A DNA stretch of 28,837 nucleotides, taken from a virus. Taxonomy: Duplodnaviria > Caudoviricetes. The position numbers and the translations under genes were made by a program. The stretch spans positions 1 to 28,837 of the IMG/VR virus record IMGVR_UViG_3300020397_000464; one strand, 5' to 3'. The notes below the pieces were generated by a model that made no database searches, was not told where the DNA came from, and worked only from the letters and a program-made list of their open reading frames with translations. This document shows, piece after piece, positions 16,785 to 25,593 of the stretch (its first letter is position 1; every line of letters begins with the position of its first letter).

Positions 16785-19283
16785 ATGCACTTTTATACAA
16801 ATGTTTATAGATATAGAGATTACATTTTAGCTAGAGGTTACAGAAACGGTAAACCTTTTACAAACAGATTAAAGTATCAACCAACTTTTTATGTTTCTAC
16901 TAATAAACCTTCGGCTTTCAAAAGTATTCATGGTCATAACCTAGAACCTAAAAAGTTCCCAAGTATGTCAGCGTCAAGAGCTTGGCGTGAAAAGTATGAC
17001 AATATTGGTGGCTTTGAAGTTCATGGTCTTGATAGATTTGAATACACATATATTAATGAAAACTTCACTAGTGATATTGAGTTTGATTTTAATCAGATTA
17101 AAATATTAAATTTAGATATCGAGTGTGAGTGTGAAGAAGGTTTTCCAGAACCTTTGAAAGCTGAAGAGAGAGTAAATGCTATTAGTATGAAACTCTTTGG
17201 TCATGATACTATCTATGTTTTTGGCATAGATAATCATGACTATCAGACAAATGACCCGAATGTAAAATATTACAAATGTCAGCATGAGAAACATCTATTG
17301 TTGACTTTTCTAGATGTTTGGGAACAGATTTGTCCTGATGTGGTGACTGGTTGGAATGTTCTAAACTTTGATATAGCTTATCTAGTTAATAGAATGAAAA
17401 AACTCTTTGATGAAGAGACTGTAACAAGATTATCTCCACATAGAATTATTACATCTAAAAACTGGAAACATATGGGTCAACAAGATATGGTTGACTACAA
17501 CTTAGCTGGTATCGAGGTACTAGACTATCAAAAAATATTCAGATATTTTACATACACAAACCAAGAAAGTTATAGACTAGACCATATCGCTGAAGTTACG
17601 ATTGGTCAGAAAAAACTAGACTACTCAGAGTTCGGTGCGATGCATCTTTTCTACAAACACGATTATAATAAATTCTTAGATTATAATGTGCGTGATGTAG
17701 TTCTAGTTGAAAAGATAGATGATAAATTAAAACTTATGAATCTATTATTTAATCTAGCTTATAGTGCTAAATGTAACTATTCAGATACTTTTGGCCAAGT
17801 TAAGTTTTGGGACTTATTGATATATAACTTCTTGAGAAAAAAGAATGTTGTTCCACCACCAAAAGTAAATACAGGTGACGCACAAAGTTTCGCTGGGGCT
17901 TATGTCAAAGAACCTCAAGTTGGTTTACATGAATGGGTTATGTCTTTTGATTTAAATTCATTATATCCACACTTAATCATGCAGTATAATATTTCACCTG
18001 AAACACATCATAAAGAAAAGTTTGATGGTGACATAACTGTAAATAAATTATTAAAAGAAGAAGTAGATATCAATCTACAAAATCTAACTGTAACACCGAA
18101 TGGTTCTATGTTTGATACCACAAGTCAAGGTTATCTACCTGAACTTCTAGAAGAACTATATGACGAAAGAGTTTACTTTAAAAATAAAATGATTGAGTCA
18201 CAAAAACAATTTGAGAAAGTTACAGACCCAAAAGAAAAGAAAAGACTAGAATATGAGATTACAGCCAATCATAATAATCAACTTGTTAGAAAAATTTGTT
18301 TGAACTCAGCTTATGGGGCGATAGGTAATCAATGGTTTAGATATTACAATAGAGATATGGCTGAAGCTATCACTACAGCTGGTCAATTAAGTATCAAGTG
18401 GGTTGAGAAAGCTGTTAATGAGTTTCTTAATAAAGTCTTAAAGACTGATAACAAAGATTATGTAATCGCGATTGATACTGATTCTATCTATGTTACTTTT
18501 GAAGAATTAATTAAACAAGTAAATCCAAAAGGCGACAAGATTGATTTTCTAAATAGAACTGCGAAAGAGGCGATAGAGCCTGTAATCGAAGAATGTTATG
18601 AGAAGTTGGCTAAATATGTTTTTGCTTATAAAAACAAAATGAGAATGGGTAGAGAAGTCATCGCCGACAAAGGTATCTGGACTGCTAAGAAAAGATATAT
18701 TCTTAATGTATTCGATAGTGAAGGTGTTCGATACAATGAACCTCACCTTAAAACTATGGGTATCGAAACTGTAAAATCTTCAACACCTCAATGGTGTAGA
18801 GGTAGACTAAAAGAAGCTTTGAAAGTTGTAATGAAAGGTAATGAAACAGATGTTCAAAACTTTATTCAAGAAACAAAAGAAGATTTCAATAAACTATCGG
18901 CTGAAGATATCGCTTTCCCTAGAGGTGTTCAGAAAGTTACCAGATACAAAGACAATGCTAAGATTTATAAAAAGTCTACACCTATTCATGTTAGAGGTTC
19001 ATTATTGTATAATCATTATTTAAATAAATATAACATAGAGAAAAAATATCCTGTCATTCAGAATGGTGAGAAAATTAAGTTTTGTTATTTAAAAGTACCA
19101 AATATTATGAATGAAAATGTCATATCTTTTGTAAATGCTTTACCAAAAGAATTTAAGTTAGAGAACTACATAGATTATGATACACAATTTAACAAAGCTT
19201 TTCTGGAACCCTTAGAACTAATTATTGAGAAGATTGGTTGGCATACAGAACCACAAAGTAATCTGGAGTTATTCTTTGGTTGA
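16785..19283 (+). CDS. 43: Family B DNA polymerase (T4 gp43)
   Basis: Exonuclease LDIE, SFDLNSLYP, KICLNSAYG, IDTDS and KKRY, with C-terminal clamp-binding-like SNLELFFG. Confidence 0.98.
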   Translation: MHFYTNVYRYRDYILARGYRNGKPFTNRLKYQPTFYVSTNKPSAFKSIHGHNLEPKKFPSMSASRAWREKYDNIGGFEVHGLDRFEYTYINENFTSDIEFDFNQIKILNLDIECECEEGFPEPLKAEERVNAISMKLFGHDTIYVFGIDNHDYQTNDPNVKYYKCQHEKHLLLTFLDVWEQICPDVVTGWNVLNFDIAYLVNRMKKLFDEETVTRLSPHRIITSKNWKHMGQQDMVDYNLAGIEVLDYQKIFRYFTYTNQESYRLDHIAEVTIGQKKLDYSEFGAMHLFYKHDYNKFLDYNVRDVVLVEKIDDKLKLMNLLFNLAYSAKCNYSDTFGQVKFWDLLIYNFLRKKNVVPPPKVNTGDAQSFAGAYVKEPQVGLHEWVMSFDLNSLYPHLIMQYNISPETHHKEKFDGDITVNKLLKEEVDINLQNLTVTPNGSMFDTTSQGYLPELLEELYDERVYFKNKMIESQKQFEKVTDPKEKKRLEYEITANHNNQLVRKICLNSAYGAIGNQWFRYYNRDMAEAITTAGQLSIKWVEKAVNEFLNKVLKTDNKDYVIAIDTDSIYVTFEELIKQVNPKGDKIDFLNRTAKEAIEPVIEECYEKLAKYVFAYKNKMRMGREVIADKGIWTAKKRYILNVFDSEGVRYNEPHLKTMGIETVKSSTPQWCRGRLKEALKVVMKGNETDVQNFIQETKEDFNKLSAEDIAFPRGVQKVTRYKDNAKIYKKSTPIHVRGSLLYNHYLNKYNIEKKYPVIQNGEKIKFCYLKVPNIMNENVISFVNALPKEFKLENYIDYDTQFNKAFLEPLELIIEKIGWHTEPQSNLELFFG

Positions 19284-19310
19284 CAGGAGAGAAATCTACA
19301 CTAAGATCAT
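19280..19310 (+). promoter_or_regulatory. Sigma70-type promoter with GATC, upstream of uvsX
   Basis: TTGACA-N16-TAAGAT(CAT), followed by a GAGG SD. Confidence 0.65.
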
Positions 19311-19325
19311 TATAGAGGAAATTAT

Positions 19326-20369
19326 ATGAGTTATTTGAAAAATTTAGTAAAGGCAACAGGAAATGAATTCGCCTCTGTTGTTGAAGAAGGCGTTCAAGCA
19401 GCTGATGTATCAGGATATATTGACACAGGTTCTTATATCTTAAATGCATTATTGTCTGGTTCAATATTTGATGGTTTACCTAATAATAAAATTACAGCAT
19501 TAGCAGGTGAATCTGCTACAGGTAAAACATTCTTTGCATTAGGAATGTGTAAACAATTCTTAGATGATAATCCAGATTCAGCTGTGATTTATTTTGAATC
19601 AGAATCAGCGATTACAAAAGATATGATTGAGTCGAGAGGTATTGATTCATCTAGAATAGTTATTGTTCCAGTTACCACAGTTCAAGAATTTAGAACTCAG
19701 TCTATCAAGATTGTAGACCAGTATATTGAAGACCAATCTGATATGAAGATGATGTTTGTATTAGATTCATTGGGTATGTTATCAACTACAAAAGAAATTG
19801 AAGATACAGCAGCTGGCTCTGAAACAAAAGATATGACTAGAGCACAATTAGTCAAAGGTGCATTTAGAGTATTAACTTTGAAACTAGGTAAAGCTGGTGT
19901 TCCGTTAGTAGTAACTAATCACACTTATGATGAAATGGGTTTATTTGCTAAGAAAGTCATGGGTGGTGGTTCAGGTTTAAAATATGCAGCTTCATCTATT
20001 GTTTTCTTATCGAAGAAAAAAGAAAAAGACGGTAAAGATGTTATTGGTAATATCATTCATTGTAGAAATGAAAAGTCTAGATTAACTGTAGAACATAAAA
20101 TGGTAGATGTTCTTTTACACTATGAGTCTGGTTTAGATAGATATTATGGTCTTCTTGATTTAGCATTGAAGTATGGTATATTTAAGAAGAACGGCACTAG
20201 AGTTGAATTACCAGATGGTACAACGCAGTTTGGAAAAACTATAAACAATGAACCTGAGAAATATTTTACTCAAGAGGTTCTAGAATTAATTAATGAGGCA
20301 GCGAAGAAAGAGTTTTTATATGGCATTGACAATAGAGCAGACGATTCTCAAGAATCTGATTCAGAATGA
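19326..20369 (+). CDS. uvsX: RecA-like recombinase UvsX
   Basis: [13 protein letters not shown], Walker [16 protein letters not shown] and MGGGSG. Confidence 0.96.
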   Translation: MSYLKNLVKATGNEFASVVEEGVQAADVSGYIDTGSYILNALLSGSIFDGLPNNKITALAGESATGKTFFALGMCKQFLDDNPDSAVIYFESESAITKDMIESRGIDSSRIVIVPVTTVQEFRTQSIKIVDQYIEDQSDMKMMFVLDSLGMLSTTKEIEDTAAGSETKDMTRAQLVKGAFRVLTLKLGKAGVPLVVTNHTYDEMGLFAKKVMGGGSGLKYAASSIVFLSKKKEKDGKDVIGNIIHCRNEKSRLTVEHKMVDVLLHYESGLDRYYGLLDLALKYGIFKKNGTRVELPDGTTQFGKTINNEPEKYFTQEVLELINEAAKKEFLYGIDNRADDSQESDSE

Positions 20370-21702
20370 TGAATTTATCCGAAAGACCTTACCTTTCATA
20401 AAAGAAGAGTTCTTTCAGGAAAGACAAGAACAATTTATATTCAGAGAGATAAAAGAATACTTTATGAAGTATTCGGCTAGTCCTACATCTGAAGCATTAC
20501 TTATCACAATAGACGAGAAAGATAATATTGACTCTCAACTTATGGGTGATATATCTAATTTACTCAAGATTGTTGGTGATGATACAGAGAAAACACCTTA
20601 TGATTGGTTGTTAGATACTTCCGAAGAGTGGTGTAAAGATAGAGCTATCTATAATGGTGTCATGGACTCTATAGAAATTATTCGTGATGAATCTAGAAGT
20701 AAAGGTGATATACCTGAAATATTAAAAGACGCTTTATCTACATCTTTTGATAGTAATATTGGTCATGATTTCTTAGAAGACTATGAATCTAGATTTGATT
20801 TTTATCATACAGAAGAAGAGAAGATACCTTTTGATTTAGAAATGATGAATAAAATTACAAAAGGTGGTTTACCTAATAAGAGTTTGAATATTTGTATGGC
20901 AGGTACAGGTGTAGGTAAATCTTTGTTTATGTGTCATATGGCTTCCAGTTGTTTACTACAAGGTAAAAATGTTTTGTATGTGACCATGGAAATGGCTGAA
21001 GAAAAGATAGCAGAAAGAATAGACGCAAACTTACTAGACATATCTCTTAATGATTTACAAGATTTACCAAAAGAAATGTATGATAGAAAAATCAAGAGAG
21101 TTAGAGACAAGACAAAAGGTAAATTAATTATCAAAGAATATCCTACAGCTTCGGCTCATGTAGGTCACTTGAGACACTTACTACAAGAACTGAGTCTCAA
21201 GAAAGATTTTGTTCCAGATATGGTGTTCATAGATTATTTAAATATATGTGCTTCATCTAGAGTAAGACCTGGTGGTCAAGTGAATACATATTCATATGTT
21301 AAAAGTATAGCCGAAGAAATGAGAGGTTTGGCTGTAGAGTTTGATGTACCAATCATGTCAGCTACTCAAACAAATAGAACAGGTTTTGTATCTACAGATA
21401 TTGGTCTTGAAGATACTTCTGAATCCTTTGGTCTACCAGCGACTGCAGACTTTATGTTCGCTGTTATGTCAACAGAAGAATTACAAGAATTAGACCAAAT
21501 TATGATTAAACAACTAAAGAATAGATACAATGACCCTACATACAATAGACGGTTTGTCCTCGGTATTGACCGAGCAAAAATGAGACTGTATGATTGTGAA
21601 CAATCTGCACAAGATGAACTCATAGATACAGGTCCTGTGATGGATAATTCTGAAACAGGGGCTAGAATGCAGTCTGAAAAAATGGATAACTTCAAATATT
21701 AG
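20320..21702 (+). CDS. 41: Replicative DnaB-like helicase (T4 gp41)
   Basis: [33 protein letters not shown] and KQLKNRY. Confidence 0.97.
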   Translation: MALTIEQTILKNLIQNDEFIRKTLPFIKEEFFQERQEQFIFREIKEYFMKYSASPTSEALLITIDEKDNIDSQLMGDISNLLKIVGDDTEKTPYDWLLDTSEEWCKDRAIYNGVMDSIEIIRDESRSKGDIPEILKDALSTSFDSNIGHDFLEDYESRFDFYHTEEEKIPFDLEMMNKITKGGLPNKSLNICMAGTGVGKSLFMCHMASSCLLQGKNVLYVTMEMAEEKIAERIDANLLDISLNDLQDLPKEMYDRKIKRVRDKTKGKLIIKEYPTASAHVGHLRHLLQELSLKKDFVPDMVFIDYLNICASSRVRPGGQVNTYSYVKSIAEEMRGLAVEFDVPIMSATQTNRTGFVSTDIGLEDTSESFGLPATADFMFAVMSTEELQELDQIMIKQLKNRYNDPTYNRRFVLGIDRAKMRLYDCEQSAQDELIDTGPVMDNSETGARMQSEKMDNFKY

Positions 21703-21710
21703 GAGGCATA

Positions 21711-22259
21711 ATGATTGGAGATTTCAATGAAGATAGAAACTACATGCTAGGTGTTGGTAATGAGTTTCCTGATATATTTCTACAAGGTGTTGATGAAAAC
21801 AATAGTATTGTAGAGATATCAAATATGTCAGTACCAGAAGGTGATAACTGGCAAGTAATATTTTTCTATCCAAAGGACTTTACTTTCATATGTCCTACAG
21901 AGATAGCTAAAATGGATAAACTCATAGACGAGGGAGTTAGTGTCTTTGGTATTAGTGGTGACAATGAGTATTGTAAACTTAATTGGAAACAAACTAACGA
22001 CCAGATAAAAGATATTAGATATCCTCTATTAGCTGATTGTGGTTTAAGATTAGCTGGGGAACTAGGTATAGTGAATACTAGTGAGGGAGTTTGTTATAGG
22101 GCTACTTACATAGTAGACCCCCACAATATAATTCAGCATGTATCAGTAAATGAACTGGACACTGGTAGAAATGTTGAAGAGATAATCAGAACCGTTAAAG
22201 CCCTTCAGGCTGGTGGTAAAACTGGCTGTGATTGGGAACCAGGTGATGATTTATTATAG
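21711..22259 (+). CDS. ahpC: 2-Cys peroxiredoxin (AhpC family)
   Basis: FFYPKDFTFICPTE and GRNVEEIIR, with C-terminal GCDWEPG. AGGAGG SD. Confidence 0.93.
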   Translation: MIGDFNEDRNYMLGVGNEFPDIFLQGVDENNSIVEISNMSVPEGDNWQVIFFYPKDFTFICPTEIAKMDKLIDEGVSVFGISGDNEYCKLNWKQTNDQIKDIRYPLLADCGLRLAGELGIVNTSEGVCYRATYIVDPHNIIQHVSVNELDTGRNVEEIIRTVKALQAGGKTGCDWEPGDDLL

Positions 22260-22331
22260 TCGATTTTAATCGGCCAGGCTGGTCAGGTATACATGGTACA
22301 GCCGCCTTCGAATAAGTAAATGTCGAAATGT

Positions 22332-22355
22332 AGAGGCCCTAAGGGGCCTCTTTTT
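22332..22355 (+). terminator. Rho-independent terminator
   Basis: AGAGGCCC-TAAG-GGGCCTCT followed by a T-run. Confidence 0.9.
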
Positions 22356-22368
22356 CGCGCTAAAAAGC

Positions 22369-22399
22369 TTGACTCCGAGGCTACTTTTATGAGATCATA
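22369..22399 (+). promoter_or_regulatory. GATC-containing promoter driving a non-coding region
   Basis: TTGACT-N18-GATCAT, with a 17-mer identical to the gp43 promoter. Confidence 0.65.
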
Positions 22400-22404
22400 T
22401 ATAC

Positions 22405-22747
22405 ATAATTTCGTGTGAAGGAATTCTCCGTTAAGTTGGTTGGAGGTTGAGGAGAAAAAAGACGAAGTAAGATTTCTTTTCTATATTGATTTATAGTTGG
22501 AATAAAACCTATTAAGACGAGGTAAGGCTCTTACAGGAAATCTTGAATAGTAGTCTGAAATGGTCTGATGAAATTTATGTTTAGTATCGGGATTCAGGTA
22601 AAACGAACTCACATTATAGTGGACAGGCCGAAACCACTTAGATAAAAAATAGAGCGTAAGAAATTGGGGTAGTACCCAAGAAATTGAAAAGAGACTAATT
22701 CTAAACAAAAAGCGAGGTAGTAGGGGTTGAAACCCCGCTACTTTTTT
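22405..22747 (+). ncRNA. Putative ~340-nt structured ncRNA
   Basis: Own promoter and terminator, no sizeable + strand ORF, and nested stems. Confidence 0.6.
22717..22747 (+). terminator. Rho-independent terminator overlapping the next promoter
   Basis: GTAGTAGGGGTT-GA-AACCCCGCTAC followed by TTTTTT. Confidence 0.7.
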
Positions 22748-22757
22748 GTGTATGATC
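22727..22757 (+). promoter_or_regulatory. Sigma70-type promoter with GATC
   Basis: TTGAAA-N18-TATGAT(C), with TGTG just upstream of the -10 and ATG 22763 six nt downstream. Confidence 0.65.
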
Positions 22758-22762
22758 ATAGT

Positions 22763-23269
22763 ATGAATAATAAAGGCGAAAAATTGAGACAAATATTTTT
22801 AGACATGGACGGAGTTCTAGCAGACTTCGAGACTACTTGTTCCGAAATGTTAGGTGAGAAGATTGGAAACAACTCAGACGGACATCTTTTATATGATAAA
22901 AATAAAAGAGAACTAACAGCAAAACACTTATTTAGAAAACTAAAACCTTATCCAGACGCTTGGAAATTGATTGACTGGTGTGCTAATTCAGGTATACCTA
23001 CAGAGATATTGACAGCAGCTGGTACAGTAAACAGACAAATAGTTATTAAAGATAAAATTGATTGGGTGAGAGAATATGTTCATCCAGATTGGTTGTTAAT
23101 ACCAACTTTCAAAGGTTCTCAGAAAGCTGCTTTTGCACATAAAAAAGCAGTATTGATTGATGATAGAGAAAAAAATATTGATTGTTGGGTGGAAGCTGGT
23201 GGTATTGGAATACTACATACCAAGGCTGACGATACAATTGCTAAGTTAAATGAAATCATTGAATCCTAA
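22763..23269 (+). CDS. HAD-family 5'(3')-deoxyribonucleotidase-like protein
   Basis: FLDMDGVLADF, ILTA, K..W and LIDDREKN. Confidence 0.88.
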   Translation: MNNKGEKLRQIFLDMDGVLADFETTCSEMLGEKIGNNSDGHLLYDKNKRELTAKHLFRKLKPYPDAWKLIDWCANSGIPTEILTAAGTVNRQIVIKDKIDWVREYVHPDWLLIPTFKGSQKAAFAHKKAVLIDDREKNIDCWVEAGGIGILHTKADDTIAKLNEIIES

Positions 23270-23456
23270 CAGTAAAACAAAGAGAGGTGTCTTAAAGGGC
23301 ACTTCTGTTATGTCTTTGCTATCAAAAAAGGTTGAATTAAAGAAAGAACTTATTTCTTTGAAGAAAACCAAGTCACAGCCTAAAAGGCAAGAGTCTCTCT
23401 TAGAAGAAATCGAAAATATTGAGACTTATCTCTCCAAGCACAAAATACAAAAATAA
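23250..23456 (+). CDS. Small basic hypothetical protein
   Basis: 68-aa ORF filling the gap, helical. Confidence 0.6.
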   Translation: MKSLNPNSKTKRGVLKGTSVMSLLSKKVELKKELISLKKTKSQPKRQESLLEEIENIETYLSKHKIQK

Positions 23457-23461
23457 ATTAA

Positions 23462-23469
23462 CATAAATA
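23462..23469 (+). promoter_or_regulatory. Late-promoter variant CATAAATA
   Basis: One mismatch to TATAAATA, 6 nt before ATG 23476. Confidence 0.6.
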
Positions 23470-23475
23470 CTGCTT

Positions 23476-25590
23476 ATGAAGACATTTAGTCACTATTTGC
23501 AGAATCTACCAGAAGAGAATAAGTTAGATAAACTTAAACATGGTTTGCCTTTAACAAAGAAAAGAATCAAAGTTTTTTCTAGACCATATCCAGAATTTGA
23601 ACACTTTGACTTTGAAACATATGAAGGTATGCCACCACCTAAGAATTCTTCACATCAAGCTAGAAATGAGATTAATTTTCTGATATCATTACAGCCTATG
23701 CGAGATAAAGAAGCTGAAGAAATGATATTTCATGATAAAAAGATAGTTGAAGCTTTTGAAGAATATTTAGCCATTTATGGCCTAGAAGACCGAGTAGATA
23801 TAGAAAGAATTAGAAATATTCAAGAGCAGTCAGATGTTATCACATTACAATTAAAAAGATTTTATGATAGACCTAGACCAGCTAAACTAGCTAAGGCTCT
23901 AGGTATAGATTTACCACTTTTCCCATTACAGACAGCAGAAACACCATCATATCCATCAGGTCACGCATTACAAGGTAGATTATTAGCTAGACTTATTTCA
24001 GATGAATTACCAATCGAACATAGAAAAAATATATTAGATATCGGAAAAAGAATAGGTATCGGTAGACAAATAGCTGGTGTGCATTATCCTACAGACACGG
24101 AGTTTGGTGTAAAAGTAGCTGATGAACTTTACCGTTTAGTCAATACTGGTATGGAACCAACACTTAAACTAGAACAAATAACTGAAATGACTAAGAAGGC
24201 TATGCAAAAACAAATAGCAGATTTAGATAAAGGTTTAGAAGTTGTATCAAATCCTGATAGAATAGGTAACTCAGGTAAATTATCAGATGGTGAATTCTCT
24301 AGAAAGTTACAAGGTATGGGTGCTAAAGAAGTTGAAATGACTCCACCAAGAACAGGTAAAAATAAGAGTAGTCAATTCAATATGTTTTCTTTTGATTTTG
24401 ATGGTAAAGATTATGACATAGTTTTAGCTGGTGAAGTTAAAGGAAGAGGTACAAAAGGCACAGAAGATAATGAAGAGTCTTTCTTACTAGTCTTATCAGC
24501 ATTACAATCAGGAGCTAGTGACACCGATTTACTTGATAAAATGAAAGATAAAAATGTTTATGGGAAAGTTGGTATCACTGCAGAGAGAGCTCAAAATTTA
24601 GTTGACTATTTAGAAAATAAAACAGACTGGTTGATATCTCATAAAGCACAATGTAAAGCTCTAATGAAAGTTATAGGTAAAAAACAACCTAAAAAATATG
24701 TTAAAGATGATAGTAAACTTGATATCAATAGACAAGCCGTAAAACTATTTAAATCAGACATGGGTATGAATATGTCTAGGTCATTAGATAAATGGAATCC
24801 AGCAGATGTATGGTTATACTATGACAGCTCTGTTCCAGAGCACTCTACAATAGCAGAGTTAAACAAATATCTATATGACTCTATAAAGGGTAAAAAAGGT
24901 ATCATAGGTATATCTCTCAAAAAAGGTATAGGTAAACTAGACTATAAAAATTATTATCCACCAGAAGAAAAAGAACTTAGTAAAATAGATTTAAAATTAT
25001 CAGCAGTAAGCTCTCTATCAGGAACAATTAAATTTGTTGGTGACCCTGCTATCGAGGCACAAAGTTTAGCTTTCAGAATATTTCAAGCGAAAGATACTGA
25101 TAGAATCAGAGGTGAAGCAGAGAAAAAAGGTGCAGAAGCAGTTCAAGGAAAAGTTCAATTAGCTATGTTAGATAAATTTACTGGTAGAAAGTTTGACTCA
25201 AATATTAAGAAAGCTGGTGGGCCTGATATAATAGAACTAAAGGGTAAAGAGTATGTACTAACTAGAAATGGTAAGAAACAATTCGCTCAAGCTTCAAAAT
25301 CTTGGAAGAAAATATCAAGAAGAAGAAATCTAGTATTCGCCAGAGGTGCTACAGCTAAACAATATACAGACGCTTTTAAAAATGAAAATAATTTTCTAAA
25401 ATGGTTGAATGACCAAGATATGTTAGAGAATGCAGCAAAATCATGGGCAAATTCTAAATTTCAAGTCTTGAAATTATTTGAACTAATTGATACCATGGGA
25501 GAAGACGGCGAGAAAAAATTAGCTATGAATCTATTAAAATACGCTAGCTCAGAATCAGATTTCTCAGCAGCACACTTAAAACTAGAATAA
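23476..25590 (+). CDS. PAP2/acid-phosphatase domain fused to a putative PD-(D/E)xK-like domain
   Basis: PAP2 motifs KRFYDRPRP, SYPSGH and RQIAGVHYPTD. C-terminal half carries DKWNPADVWL...GISLKK. Confidence 0.75.
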   Translation: MKTFSHYLQNLPEENKLDKLKHGLPLTKKRIKVFSRPYPEFEHFDFETYEGMPPPKNSSHQARNEINFLISLQPMRDKEAEEMIFHDKKIVEAFEEYLAIYGLEDRVDIERIRNIQEQSDVITLQLKRFYDRPRPAKLAKALGIDLPLFPLQTAETPSYPSGHALQGRLLARLISDELPIEHRKNILDIGKRIGIGRQIAGVHYPTDTEFGVKVADELYRLVNTGMEPTLKLEQITEMTKKAMQKQIADLDKGLEVVSNPDRIGNSGKLSDGEFSRKLQGMGAKEVEMTPPRTGKNKSSQFNMFSFDFDGKDYDIVLAGEVKGRGTKGTEDNEESFLLVLSALQSGASDTDLLDKMKDKNVYGKVGITAERAQNLVDYLENKTDWLISHKAQCKALMKVIGKKQPKKYVKDDSKLDINRQAVKLFKSDMGMNMSRSLDKWNPADVWLYYDSSVPEHSTIAELNKYLYDSIKGKKGIIGISLKKGIGKLDYKNYYPPEEKELSKIDLKLSAVSSLSGTIKFVGDPAIEAQSLAFRIFQAKDTDRIRGEAEKKGAEAVQGKVQLAMLDKFTGRKFDSNIKKAGGPDIIELKGKEYVLTRNGKKQFAQASKSWKKISRRRNLVFARGATAKQYTDAFKNENNFLKWLNDQDMLENAAKSWANSKFQVLKLFELIDTMGEDGEKKLAMNLLKYASSESDFSAAHLKLE

Positions 25591-25593
25591 GAT

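Noticed and set aside
22564-22640. Hammerhead ribozyme core (CTGATGA...GAAA)
   Set aside because: No convincing stems I-III or positioned NUH site, and alternative pairings explain the segment.
22405-22747. tmRNA or RNase P RNA
   Set aside because: No tRNA-like ends with CCA and no recognisable RNase P P4 consensus.
22481-22792. Minus-strand 103-aa ORF
   Set aside because: No recognisable motif, it opposes the + strand promoter and terminator, and it overlaps the HAD gene start.
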